Made by a program: the position numbers and the translations under genes
The notes under the pieces: model-generated
Seen by the model: the letters and a program-made list of their open reading frames with translations, nothing else
Told to the model about the DNA's origin: nothing
Database searches by the model: none
Part shown: in pieces, positions 48,975 to 57,280 of the stretch
How positions within the stretch are numbered: position 1 is the first letter of the stretch
Layout of the letters: every line of letters begins with the position of its first letter
Assembly (NCBI GenBank): GCA_964399425.1
Contig: CAYNQR010000001.1
Span: 68,494 to 132,493, forward strand
Length of the DNA stretch: 64,000 nt
Direction: 5' to 3'
From: an uncultured Dehalococcoidales bacterium
Lineage (GTDB): Bacteria; Chloroflexota; Dehalococcoidia; Dehalococcoidales; UBA5627

Positions 48975-50228
48975 ATGTCAGAGATGAAAGAATTTCCATT
49001 TTCATACGGACAGGAATTCGAAGGCGAGAGAATACGCCCGGATAACCTGTATATCGAATTCGGCGGCGTAAACAGCCGCATGGTCGAATTACTGACTACC
49101 GCAGACATGAGAAACATCGAGGACGGCAGTATTGAAGTCGTCGGTCAGGATATAAAAGGCCTGGACAGGAATACGGCGCACCCGCTGGCAATCGTCGTCA
49201 AGGTAGCCGGGAAAAATATGCAGCCGGATTACGAACCGGTTCTGGAAAAGCAGATTCACCGCATCCTGAATCGCATACAGGGAGTAATGCACACCGGGCA
49301 GCGTGATATGGCATGCCTCAGAATCTCCAAAGCAGCAGTGGATAAAGGCTTTACACTTAATCATCTCGCAGTAATCCTTAATAGGAAACTAATCGAAGAC
49401 TTCGGACGGATTATCGATAGAGTACAGGTAACAATTTATACCGATGAGGATAAAGTTGCAGAAATTACTGCCGAAGCCGAAAAAGTTTACCGTTTAAGAG
49501 ATGAGCGCATCGAGGGAATGACCGATGAAGAAACGGACACCTTCTATTCGTGTACAATCTGCCAATCGTTTGCTCCCTTCCACGTATGTACCGTCAGCCC
49601 CGAAAGAAGCAGCCCCTGCGGCTCATACAACTGGCTGGATTGCAGGGCGTCGTACGCCATCGACCCGACAGTCCCGAACAAACCGGTTTTGAAAGGCAAC
49701 CTGAAAGATTTACGACTGGGACAATGGCAGGGTATAAATGATTTTATTGATAAAGCCTCACAGGGAAAAACCGGATATTATAATCTTTACAGCATTATGG
49801 ATAAGCCGATGCCGACCTGCGAATGGATAGAATGCATTTCAGTTGTGCTGCCCCTGTGCAACGGGGTTATGATTGTCGATAGAGATTATACGGGGATGAC
49901 TCCCTGCGGCATGGATTTCAAAACCATAATCGATAATATCAAGGGAGAATTGAATACACCCGGTTTTATGGGACACAGTAAATACAATATTACCCAGCGC
50001 AAGTTTTTAAACGCCGAGGGAAGCATTCAAAGAATCGTCTGGATGCCCCGACAGCTTAAAACGGAAATTACGAAAAGATTTAACATCAGAGCGAAAGAAT
50101 CAGGAATCCCGGATTTGATGAAAAGGATTGCAGATGAATCTGTCGGCGCTACCGAAGAGCAGATTTTGCCCTTTTTAAAAGAGGCAAAACATCCGGCACT
50201 TTCTATGAAACCCCTAATCCAGTTATAA
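48975..50228 (+). CDS. acsB: acetyl-CoA synthase beta-like protein, short CdhC-type form with an altered Ni-binding motif
   Basis: 417 aa. The N-terminus 'FEGERIRPDNLYIEFGG' resembles the CdhC/ACS middle domain. The [4Fe-4S] quartet C193-x2-C196-x8-C205-x9-C215 is present, but C282-E283-W284 sits where Cys-Gly-Cys is expected. Confidence 0.85.
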   Translation: MSEMKEFPFSYGQEFEGERIRPDNLYIEFGGVNSRMVELLTTADMRNIEDGSIEVVGQDIKGLDRNTAHPLAIVVKVAGKNMQPDYEPVLEKQIHRILNRIQGVMHTGQRDMACLRISKAAVDKGFTLNHLAVILNRKLIEDFGRIIDRVQVTIYTDEDKVAEITAEAEKVYRLRDERIEGMTDEETDTFYSCTICQSFAPFHVCTVSPERSSPCGSYNWLDCRASYAIDPTVPNKPVLKGNLKDLRLGQWQGINDFIDKASQGKTGYYNLYSIMDKPMPTCEWIECISVVLPLCNGVMIVDRDYTGMTPCGMDFKTIIDNIKGELNTPGFMGHSKYNITQRKFLNAEGSIQRIVWMPRQLKTEITKRFNIRAKESGIPDLMKRIADESVGATEEQILPFLKEAKHPALSMKPLIQL

Positions 50229-50249
50229 TACTGAAAAGGATAATCACTT

Positions 50250-51596
50250 ATGGCGATTACAGGCATAGAAATATTTAAATTGTTACCGAAAACCAATTGC
50301 GGTGAATGCGGCGTTCCTACCTGCCTGGCCTTTGCCATGAGCCTGGCTGCCGGCAAAGCGGAACTTTCAAAGTGCCCGTATCTTTCTGATGAAGCCCGTA
50401 ATAAGCTTGAAGAAGCCTCGACCCCTCCCATCAGGCCGGTAACTATAGGCAAGGGCGAATTCGCTAAAATAATCGGCGGCGAAACAGTGATGTTCCGCCA
50501 CGAAAAGCGGTTCGAAAACGCCCCGGCAATCGCCCTGCTTCTATGCGACGATATGACCGAAGCCGAAATAGACGGGCGGATAGAGAGATTTAATACTCTT
50601 GTTTACGAAAGAGTCGGGCAAACCCTGCGCAGCGAAATAATTGCCTTAAAATGCCAATCGGATGATGCGGATAAGTACAAAGCCCTGATAAATAGAGTTA
50701 TGCAGAAATGCAAAGCTAATATTATGTTAATCAACGAAAACCCCGATATAATTGAGGCAGGGTTATCGGTATGCTCCTATTTAAGACCGCTGATTCACGC
50801 GGCAACTAAAGAGAATTTTAATCGGATTGCCGCTCTTGTCAAAAATTATTCCTGTCCGGTAGCCGTTAAAGGTGAATCCATCGATGATATTATCGAATTG
50901 ACAACCCGGCTCGAACAATCGGGCATCAAAGATATTGTGATCGATTGCGGAGCAGACGATATAAAAAGCGCGCTGCAAGACCAGGTGGCAATCAGGCGTG
51001 CCGCGCTGAATCAAAAGATGCGCCCGCTCGGATACCCAACAATAGTTATGGTTAACGAAATGACCGGCGACCCGCTGAAAGAAGCAATGATTGCAGCTAC
51101 GTTCGTTGCCAAATATGCCGGTATCATCGTGCTCTCCGACTTTACCGGCGAGACACTCTTTCCCCTGCTTGTCTTGAGAATGAACATCTTTTCCGACCCG
51201 CAGAGGCCGCTGGCAACAGCCGAGAATATTTACGAAATCGGCGGCCCCGGTGAGAACTCGCCGGTTCTTTTAACCTGCAATTTTTCCCTGACCTACTTTA
51301 TCATCTCCGGTGAAATCGAAAGCAGCCGCGTCCCCAGCTACCTGCTGATAAAGGATACCGAAGGGCTTTCCGTTATGACGGCCTGGGCAGCCGGCAAGTT
51401 CGGCGCCGATATCATCGCATCATTCGTGAAAAAATGCGGCATTACGGAAAAAGTAAAACACCGCAAGCTGATTATACCCGGTTATATTTCAATCGAAAGC
51501 GGCGCGCTGGAAGACGAGCTTCCCGACTGGGAAATCGTTGTCGGGCCGCGGGAAGGCGCGCACATACCGGCTTATCTAAAAACATGGAAAGCATAA
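50250..51596 (+). CDS. acsC: corrinoid iron-sulfur protein large subunit
   Basis: 448 aa with the N-terminal 4Fe-4S motif 'CGECGVPTCLAFAM...KCP', followed by TIM-barrel and B12-binding regions. Confidence 0.9.
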   Translation: MAITGIEIFKLLPKTNCGECGVPTCLAFAMSLAAGKAELSKCPYLSDEARNKLEEASTPPIRPVTIGKGEFAKIIGGETVMFRHEKRFENAPAIALLLCDDMTEAEIDGRIERFNTLVYERVGQTLRSEIIALKCQSDDADKYKALINRVMQKCKANIMLINENPDIIEAGLSVCSYLRPLIHAATKENFNRIAALVKNYSCPVAVKGESIDDIIELTTRLEQSGIKDIVIDCGADDIKSALQDQVAIRRAALNQKMRPLGYPTIVMVNEMTGDPLKEAMIAATFVAKYAGIIVLSDFTGETLFPLLVLRMNIFSDPQRPLATAENIYEIGGPGENSPVLLTCNFSLTYFIISGEIESSRVPSYLLIKDTEGLSVMTAWAAGKFGADIIASFVKKCGITEKVKHRKLIIPGYISIESGALEDELPDWEIVVGPREGAHIPAYLKTWKA

Positions 51597-51606
51597 GGGG
51601 TTCTTT

Positions 51607-52485
51607 ATGATACTTATCGGCGAAAATATCAATATAATGTCCAAAAAGATCGGCGCGGCAATGCGCGAACGCCTGCCAGACCCTGTCCGAGAGCTTGCCA
51701 GAGCCGAAACCGCAGCCGGAATGGATTATCTTGACCTCAACATCGGCCCCGCCCGCAAGGACGGTGATGAACTGATGAAATGGCTGGTGGAAACCGTACA
51801 GGAAGTAATCGATAAACCGCTGTCGCTGGATACCACCAACCCGCTGGCAACCGAAGCCGGACTGAAAATCTGTAAAAAACGTGCGCTTATCAATTCGGTA
51901 TCATTGCAACCGGAACGTCTGGAAAAAGTGTTGCCGATGGCAAAAGAATATAATGCCGAGATTATCGGACTGTTGTGGGGAACAGACGGTATGCCTCGCG
52001 ATGCCAACGAAAGATGTATGCTGGCGGTAGATATCGTTTATAAAGCCAACGAAATCGGAATTCCGAATGAAGATATCTGGATAGACCCCATCGTTACTCC
52101 TGTCAGCGTCGATATCAACCAGGTTAAAGCATGTATAGAATTTATGAGCATGCTGGGCGATATCGCTCCCGGATGCAAATCGGTGGTCGGGCTTTCGAAT
52201 GTTTCCAATGGAACGCCTGCCAATCTCAGGCCGTATTTGAACAGGGCATATCTGGCAATGCTGATGAAGTACAGCATCTATTCCGCTATCGTGGATGCTT
52301 TCGACGCTGAATTGATTCGATTGGCAAGGGGCGAAATGCCGGAGATCCTCGAACTGGTGCATAAGATGATGGACGGCTACAGTCCCGATATCTCGACTCT
52401 TTCCCCTAAAGAGAAAGAATATGCCAAATCGGTAAAGGTTTTAAGCGGCGATTCTCTATACTCCCATTCGTGGCTGGAGATATAA
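51607..52485 (+). CDS. acsE: methyl-THF:corrinoid Fe-S protein methyltransferase (pterin-binding)
   Basis: 292 aa, collinear with Moorella MeTr: 'LIGENIN', 'LDLNIGPA', 'LSLDTTN', 'INSVS', 'IDPIV', 'VVGLSNVSNG'. Confidence 0.9.
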   Translation: MILIGENINIMSKKIGAAMRERLPDPVRELARAETAAGMDYLDLNIGPARKDGDELMKWLVETVQEVIDKPLSLDTTNPLATEAGLKICKKRALINSVSLQPERLEKVLPMAKEYNAEIIGLLWGTDGMPRDANERCMLAVDIVYKANEIGIPNEDIWIDPIVTPVSVDINQVKACIEFMSMLGDIAPGCKSVVGLSNVSNGTPANLRPYLNRAYLAMLMKYSIYSAIVDAFDAELIRLARGEMPEILELVHKMMDGYSPDISTLSPKEKEYAKSVKVLSGDSLYSHSWLEI

Positions 52486-52552
52486 AAAGGTATTATAAGA
52501 GATTAATCATGGTTACTGGCACTGATACCTTATATTATAAAAACAAATTTTA

Positions 52553-52591
52553 AAGCCGTTCGTGGTGAGCTTGTCGAATCCATAGCGGCTT
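52553..52591 (-). repeat. structured intergenic repeat element, copy 2 (inverted)
   Basis: AAGCCGTTCGTGGTGAGCTTGTCGAA is followed by a pairing GCGGCTT. It lies downstream of acsE. Confidence 0.8.
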
Positions 52592-52643
52592 CGAATTATG
52601 ATTATAACCTATGTAATTGATAATAACTGGCAGTTCTTCTGTC

Positions 52644-52672
52644 TTGACACAAAAAGGTTAAAACATTACTAT
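52644..52672 (+). promoter_or_regulatory. sigma70-like promoter for trxA
   Basis: TTGACA, 17 nt, TACTAT. The AAGGAG SD and the ATG follow. Confidence 0.5.
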
Positions 52673-52712
52673 AGAAAAGTAGCCCCAATTATTATAAAAA
52701 GGAGATGGCATC

Positions 52713-53030
52713 ATGGTACATGAAATTAACGACCAGAGTTTTGAAACCGAGGTTTTAAAAGCGACCCAGCCGGTTCTGCTGGATTTATGGGCGCCGTGGT
52801 GCGGTCCCTGCCGCATGGTCGGCCCGGTTATCGATAAGCTGGCGGAACAATATACCGGCAAATTCAAATTCTGCAAGATGAATGTAGATGATAACCAGAA
52901 AACCGCCGCCAGGTTTAATGTCATGTCCATCCCGACCCTCATTTTCTTTAAGGACGGAAAAGCGGTCGATACGGTCGTCGGTGCCCAATCCGAATCGGCA
53001 TTGAAAGCTAAAATCGACAGCATGTTATAA
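52713..53030 (+). CDS. trxA: thioredoxin
   Basis: 105 aa with the 'WAPWCGPC' active site. Confidence 0.95.
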   Translation: MVHEINDQSFETEVLKATQPVLLDLWAPWCGPCRMVGPVIDKLAEQYTGKFKFCKMNVDDNQKTAARFNVMSIPTLIFFKDGKAVDTVVGAQSESALKAKIDSML

Positions 53031-53064
53031 TACTGATTAAAGGTATATTAACGGAGATAATTCG

Positions 53065-53376
53065 ATGAGCGATATTTTAGACGAAGCATACGGTATTGTG
53101 CAGTGCAAGGAATGCCCCTGGTATAAAACCTGCCTGGTGCCGATGAAGTTTACCACTGAGGATATTCGCAGGCAGATGGAGAATACTCCCGGGTTCGATG
53201 CTTCGGCAAAGGACAACCCGGAAGTAAACAGCCTGATTTCAAGTATGGCTTATTCGGCGCAGCAATCGATGGTCGAGGGCTGCCCGATTTTTATCGAACG
53301 CCTTCGCCAGAGCCCGAAACTGGCTCAGCGTATCAAGCAAATAATGATGAACTGGAGCAGTGAAGAAGATAAGTAG
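53065..53376 (+). CDS. small Cys-containing hypothetical protein co-oriented with trxA
   Basis: 103 aa with 'CKECPWYKTC' and 'GCPIF'. It starts 34 nt after trxA. Confidence 0.6.
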   Translation: MSDILDEAYGIVQCKECPWYKTCLVPMKFTTEDIRRQMENTPGFDASAKDNPEVNSLISSMAYSAQQSMVEGCPIFIERLRQSPKLAQRIKQIMMNWSSEEDK

Positions 53377-53379
53377 CCG

Positions 53380-54762
53380 TCACTGCTCCGGTTGTAATTC
53401 CTTTATCATGTACCCGTTTTCCAGTTTGTAGCCTTCGCTGCGATAGTACTCCCTTGCCCCCACCCCGCTGAGTATAGCCATTCGACTGATACCGAACTCA
53501 TCCGATGCAATGCGTTCCGCTTCCGCCAGTAAAGACTTCCCCATCCCTTTATGCTGTACGGCTTCGATATCTTTACTGCCTAGCATTACCTCAGGGCCAT
53601 AAACATGTAATTCTCTTATTAAGGACGTATCGCTACCGAACCCGGGATTAAGAGAGGAATTCTTTTGAATCCGCAGCCTCAACAAACCGAAGAGCGTCAT
53701 GTATTGGTCTTCGAAGGAAAGAAATATCTCGCGCCCGCCCGAAGCTTCATAATCCATCCTGTTCAATACAGGCGTCCCCACTGGAAGCCCTGTATTAACC
53801 TTGTGCCCGTATTCACGGCAGCGAACACACTGGCAGCTTATACCCTTCTGTTCCATTATTTGCTTTAACGGTTCACGCAGGGAATCTTTAAGCCCGGCTA
53901 CTATAAACTTTGCCGGGATATCGCGCAGTACGCGGGATATCCTGACATATTTAGGCACCAGCCCCTTGATATCAGCCATCAGGTTTATCATAGTGTCTTT
54001 ATCATACGGATGATAGGCGCCAGCCCGGTACCATTCATAGAGCACAGTCCCCTCGACAACCATAGTAGGATACAGCTTGAGACCATCGGGCTTGAAAGAT
54101 TCGCTTTCAAACATCATCCTCGAAAGCTCCAGGTCATGTTCCGGTGTCGACCCGGGCAGCCCGGGCATCCAGTGATAATGCACCTTTAATCCGGTTTCTT
54201 TAAGCATGCCGGTGGCTCTGATAACGTTTTCGACGCAATGGCCGCGCCTGACCGTTTCGTAAATTTTGTCATCCAGCGTTTGAACTCCGAGTTCCACCCT
54301 GGTGGTTCCGAATTCAATCATCCTGCGAATATCTTCTTCCTTGCACCAATCCGGTCTTGTTTCGATACACAAACCGACACAGCGATGCCTGGCGCTTTCA
54401 TTGATTTTCTGCGCCTCTTTCAGGTTTCCGGAAATCGTTCCGTTCAACGCATCATAGCATCCCTTAATAAATTTATACTGGTATTCGGAAGGATATGATA
54501 AAAAGGTACCCCCCATAATTATCATTTCTATTTTATCGGTGGGATGTCCCATTTCAGAAAGGATACGCAGCCTTAATTCTACCTGTTTAGCGGCATCGTA
54601 ATCGCAGCTTTTCGCTCTTAAAACCGCCGGCGACTCGGGTGTATAGCTTTGAGGAGTGGCGACATAGGTCGGACAATAGATGCATTTACCGGGGCACCCC
54701 TGGGGTGAAGTCATCACGGCAACCGGCGTTACGCCCGATATCGTCCTGGATACTTTTTTCAT
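53380..54762 (-). CDS. elp3: Elp3-like radical SAM / GNAT tRNA-modification enzyme
   Basis: 460 aa. Radical-SAM motif 'CPGKCIYCP', an Elp3 central region, and a C-terminal GNAT domain 'VQHKGMGKSLLAEAERIA'. Confidence 0.9.
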   Translation of the reverse strand: MKKVSRTISGVTPVAVMTSPQGCPGKCIYCPTYVATPQSYTPESPAVLRAKSCDYDAAKQVELRLRILSEMGHPTDKIEMIIMGGTFLSYPSEYQYKFIKGCYDALNGTISGNLKEAQKINESARHRCVGLCIETRPDWCKEEDIRRMIEFGTTRVELGVQTLDDKIYETVRRGHCVENVIRATGMLKETGLKVHYHWMPGLPGSTPEHDLELSRMMFESESFKPDGLKLYPTMVVEGTVLYEWYRAGAYHPYDKDTMINLMADIKGLVPKYVRISRVLRDIPAKFIVAGLKDSLREPLKQIMEQKGISCQCVRCREYGHKVNTGLPVGTPVLNRMDYEASGGREIFLSFEDQYMTLFGLLRLRIQKNSSLNPGFGSDTSLIRELHVYGPEVMLGSKDIEAVQHKGMGKSLLAEAERIASDEFGISRMAILSGVGAREYYRSEGYKLENGYMIKELQPEQ

Positions 54763-54863
54763 CTATACTCTCAATAATTTTTTATAAATGATATAATCAG
54801 TCTACCAGTTTTAAAGATTAGCCTCAACTCAGAACGCAATAAAAATAATTAGGGGTTGCCTCT

Positions 54864-55520
54864 TTGGATAAAGGATTAAAGGATGTCTTCGACCGCATAG
54901 CGCCTTCCTGGTACAACTACAGGCATCGCTCCATTTTCAAAGCGGAGCTTGAAAAACTGGCAGCCGGATGGAAACAGGGTAAATTAATTAATCTCGGTTG
55001 CGGGCACGGCGCAGACTTTCTGCCATTCAAAGATAATTTCGAGCTTTACGGCGTTGATTTTTCTTCCGGTATGTTGAAACTGGCGCAAAAATATGCCTCA
55101 AAATTCGATTACCCTGTTTCTCTTTTTCAGGCCGATATCCGTTATCTACCTTTTCCCGACAATACATTCGACTGGGCGATATCGGCTGCCACATATCATC
55201 ATATAAAAGGAAAAGACGAGCGCTTGAAAGCCTTTATCGAATTGAAAAGAGTCTTGAAACCGGAAGCCGAAGCCTTCGTTACGGTATGGAATAAGTGGCA
55301 ACCGGCTTTCTGGTTTAAGAAAAAAGACGTCTATATCCCCTGGAAAGAAAAGGATGACATCCTCTTGAGATACTACTACCTCTTTTCTTATAATGAAGTT
55401 AAGCAACTGGCTGTAAAAGCCGGTTTTAAAGTTATGGCGTCGTTTCCCGAGAAAAGATACGGTTTCCCTGTAAAATATTTTTCGAGAAATATTTGCTTGC
55501 TGTTAAAAAAAGAAAGCTAA
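54864..55520 (+). CDS. class I SAM-dependent methyltransferase, Trm9/ALKBH8-MTase-like
   Basis: 218 aa with 'VFDRIAPSWYNYR', motif I 'LINLGCGHG', 'FDWAISAATYHHIKGKDERLKA', 'VYIPW' and 'RYYYLFSYNEV', which parallel yeast Trm9 landmarks. TTG start with AGGGG upstream. Confidence 0.8.
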   Translation: MDKGLKDVFDRIAPSWYNYRHRSIFKAELEKLAAGWKQGKLINLGCGHGADFLPFKDNFELYGVDFSSGMLKLAQKYASKFDYPVSLFQADIRYLPFPDNTFDWAISAATYHHIKGKDERLKAFIELKRVLKPEAEAFVTVWNKWQPAFWFKKKDVYIPWKEKDDILLRYYYLFSYNEVKQLAVKAGFKVMASFPEKRYGFPVKYFSRNICLLLKKES

Positions 55521-55577
55521 AACGGTTTGCCTATCATTAATTAAGCTGTTAATATTATTAGAGGAGGAAAAAGCACA

Positions 55578-55796
55578 ATGGCAATTAAAATCAAATGCCC
55601 CGCATGTAATAACGAAGGTAGTATTTCACTTTTAGACCAGGAATTTTCAGGACCGTATCGCTGTTGGAAATGCCGCGCTCTTTATACAATCAACATCCAT
55701 GAGGGATCTGTAGTAACAATCGAGCCGTTGAGCGAGGAAGCGCTGGAAAAGCTGAAACAACTGGAAGAACTGAAGAAAAAGTTTATGCGTCAATAG
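55578..55796 (+). CDS. small zinc-ribbon protein with a C-terminal helical tail
   Basis: 72 aa with CPAC...CWKC. GAGGAGGA lies upstream of the ATG. Confidence 0.55.
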   Translation: MAIKIKCPACNNEGSISLLDQEFSGPYRCWKCRALYTINIHEGSVVTIEPLSEEALEKLKQLEELKKKFMRQ

Positions 55797-55829
55797 TGAT
55801 TATTTAATCTGGTGTATAGGGGGCATAAA

Positions 55830-56015
55830 ATGCCTGTAATCATCGTTGAGATGTGGCAGGGGCGAACCCTGGAACAAAAAAAACAGCTGGCACAGGGAAT
55901 AACCGCTGAATTTATAAAAATAGGTGTTCCCGCAGAGCAGGTGCAAATAATATTCAAAGATAATGCGAAACAGAACTGGGCAATCGGCGGCAAGTTATCC
56001 GCAGAACAAGATTAG
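55830..56015 (+). CDS. 4-oxalocrotonate tautomerase family protein
   Basis: 61 aa starting Met-Pro ('MPVIIVEMWQGRTLEQKKQL'), with the catalytic Pro1 context. The start is set at the ATG after GGGGG. Confidence 0.8.
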   Translation: MPVIIVEMWQGRTLEQKKQLAQGITAEFIKIGVPAEQVQIIFKDNAKQNWAIGGKLSAEQD

Positions 56016-56034
56016 TTTTATAAAAATTCCAAAA

Positions 56035-56616
56035 TTACGATAAAGGAGCAGTCAAGATAATTTCGGCTGCTCCCCGTTTTTTACGGTAATCGTTTTTTAA
56101 TTTTTTAAATAATTCTTTAAAAGCGCCGCCGTTAATATCATCTACAGTCATTATAAACCCGTCTTCACGGTTATCCGTATAATATCCCTTCCGCATCCCC
56201 TCAACAGTAAAGCCGTACTTTTCGTAAAGTTTTTGCGCCGTGACGTTCGAGACTCTGACCTCAAGAGTTATCATATTGCAGCACATGTTTAAAGCGAGCT
56301 CGATTAACGCTATCAGCAGCAGTTCACCTATGCCGCAGCGCCGGTAATCATAATCTACGGCAATATTGACCATATGCGCTTCGCCTACCATTATCCATAA
56401 ACCGGCATAGCCGACGATATTATTCTCAACATCAGCGGCATTCGACGGTTTTTCCCTGCAAGCCACGATATAATGGGCAACACAATTGTTTAGCTCTTTC
56501 ACGAAGTTGGTAGGCATTTGCATATCGGGAAATACTTGACGGTCTACCTTGGAAACCGCGGGTATATCCTCTACGGTCATAAGCCTTACAAAATAAGACA
56601 AATCACAAACTCCCAT
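56035..56616 (-). CDS. rimI: GNAT N-acetyltransferase, RimI-like
   Basis: GNAT motif A 'RRCGIGELLL'. The start is ambiguous: Met1 at 56616 or Met13 at 56580. Confidence 0.75.
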   Translation of the reverse strand: MGVCDLSYFVRLMTVEDIPAVSKVDRQVFPDMQMPTNFVKELNNCVAHYIVACREKPSNAADVENNIVGYAGLWIMVGEAHMVNIAVDYDYRRCGIGELLLIALIELALNMCCNMITLEVRVSNVTAQKLYEKYGFTVEGMRKGYYTDNREDGFIMTVDDINGGAFKELFKKLKNDYRKKRGAAEIILTAPLS

Positions 56617-56715
56617 CGCATCGATTCGTTAATTCTAACATATTACAAAAGAGAGAGAATATAGATATTTATGAAGGAAAACGGACTAAAGCGTATTTTA
56701 AAAGGCTTTTACAAA

Positions 56716-57279
56716 TTACTGGTTAGAGGGCGGCTCTATCGTCTTGCCGGTATATCGCTCCCATTCGCTGTAAACGCAGCCGCAGTATTGCTGGCGGTAT
56801 AAATCCATCGGCTTGGTGATACGGCGGCTGTCGGAATATCGCTTTCGCAAGTCTGTATATAGAAAATTGACGCCAGTATCCCGTGCCAGTTTTTCACCGA
56901 TTTCCTTCAGCAAATCGTGTTTCTGCTGGTGGCTTATCAGCAATGTGGAAGTGAAATTGCCGATTCCCGATTCAATGGCCGTTTCCGCTGTTTTTGCAAG
57001 CCTCATATCAAAACAAAATGCGCATCTTTCGGCTTCATGCCCCGCCACCCGCCGGAAATATGAAACAAAATCGTAGCTGTCATCTGCTATCAGATTAAAG
57101 CCCATATTCTGCGAAAGGGTTTTCATCGCCTCAAGGCGGTTCTGATGTTCCATGTAAGGATGAATATTGGGGTTATACCAGAAAGCGGTTACCTCGTATC
57201 CCTGCTCCCGCCAGTATTTAACGGTATAGGCTGTGCAATGGGCGCAACAACAGTGAATCAATACAGATTTGCTGCTCAT
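56716..57279 (-). CDS. queH: epoxyqueuosine reductase QueH (DUF208)
   Basis: 187 aa with 'LIHCCCAHC' and 'YCGCVYSEWE', the QueH Cys signatures. Confidence 0.88.
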   Translation of the reverse strand: MSSKSVLIHCCCAHCTAYTVKYWREQGYEVTAFWYNPNIHPYMEHQNRLEAMKTLSQNMGFNLIADDSYDFVSYFRRVAGHEAERCAFCFDMRLAKTAETAIESGIGNFTSTLLISHQQKHDLLKEIGEKLARDTGVNFLYTDLRKRYSDSRRITKPMDLYRQQYCGCVYSEWERYTGKTIEPPSNQ

Positions 57280-57280
57280 A

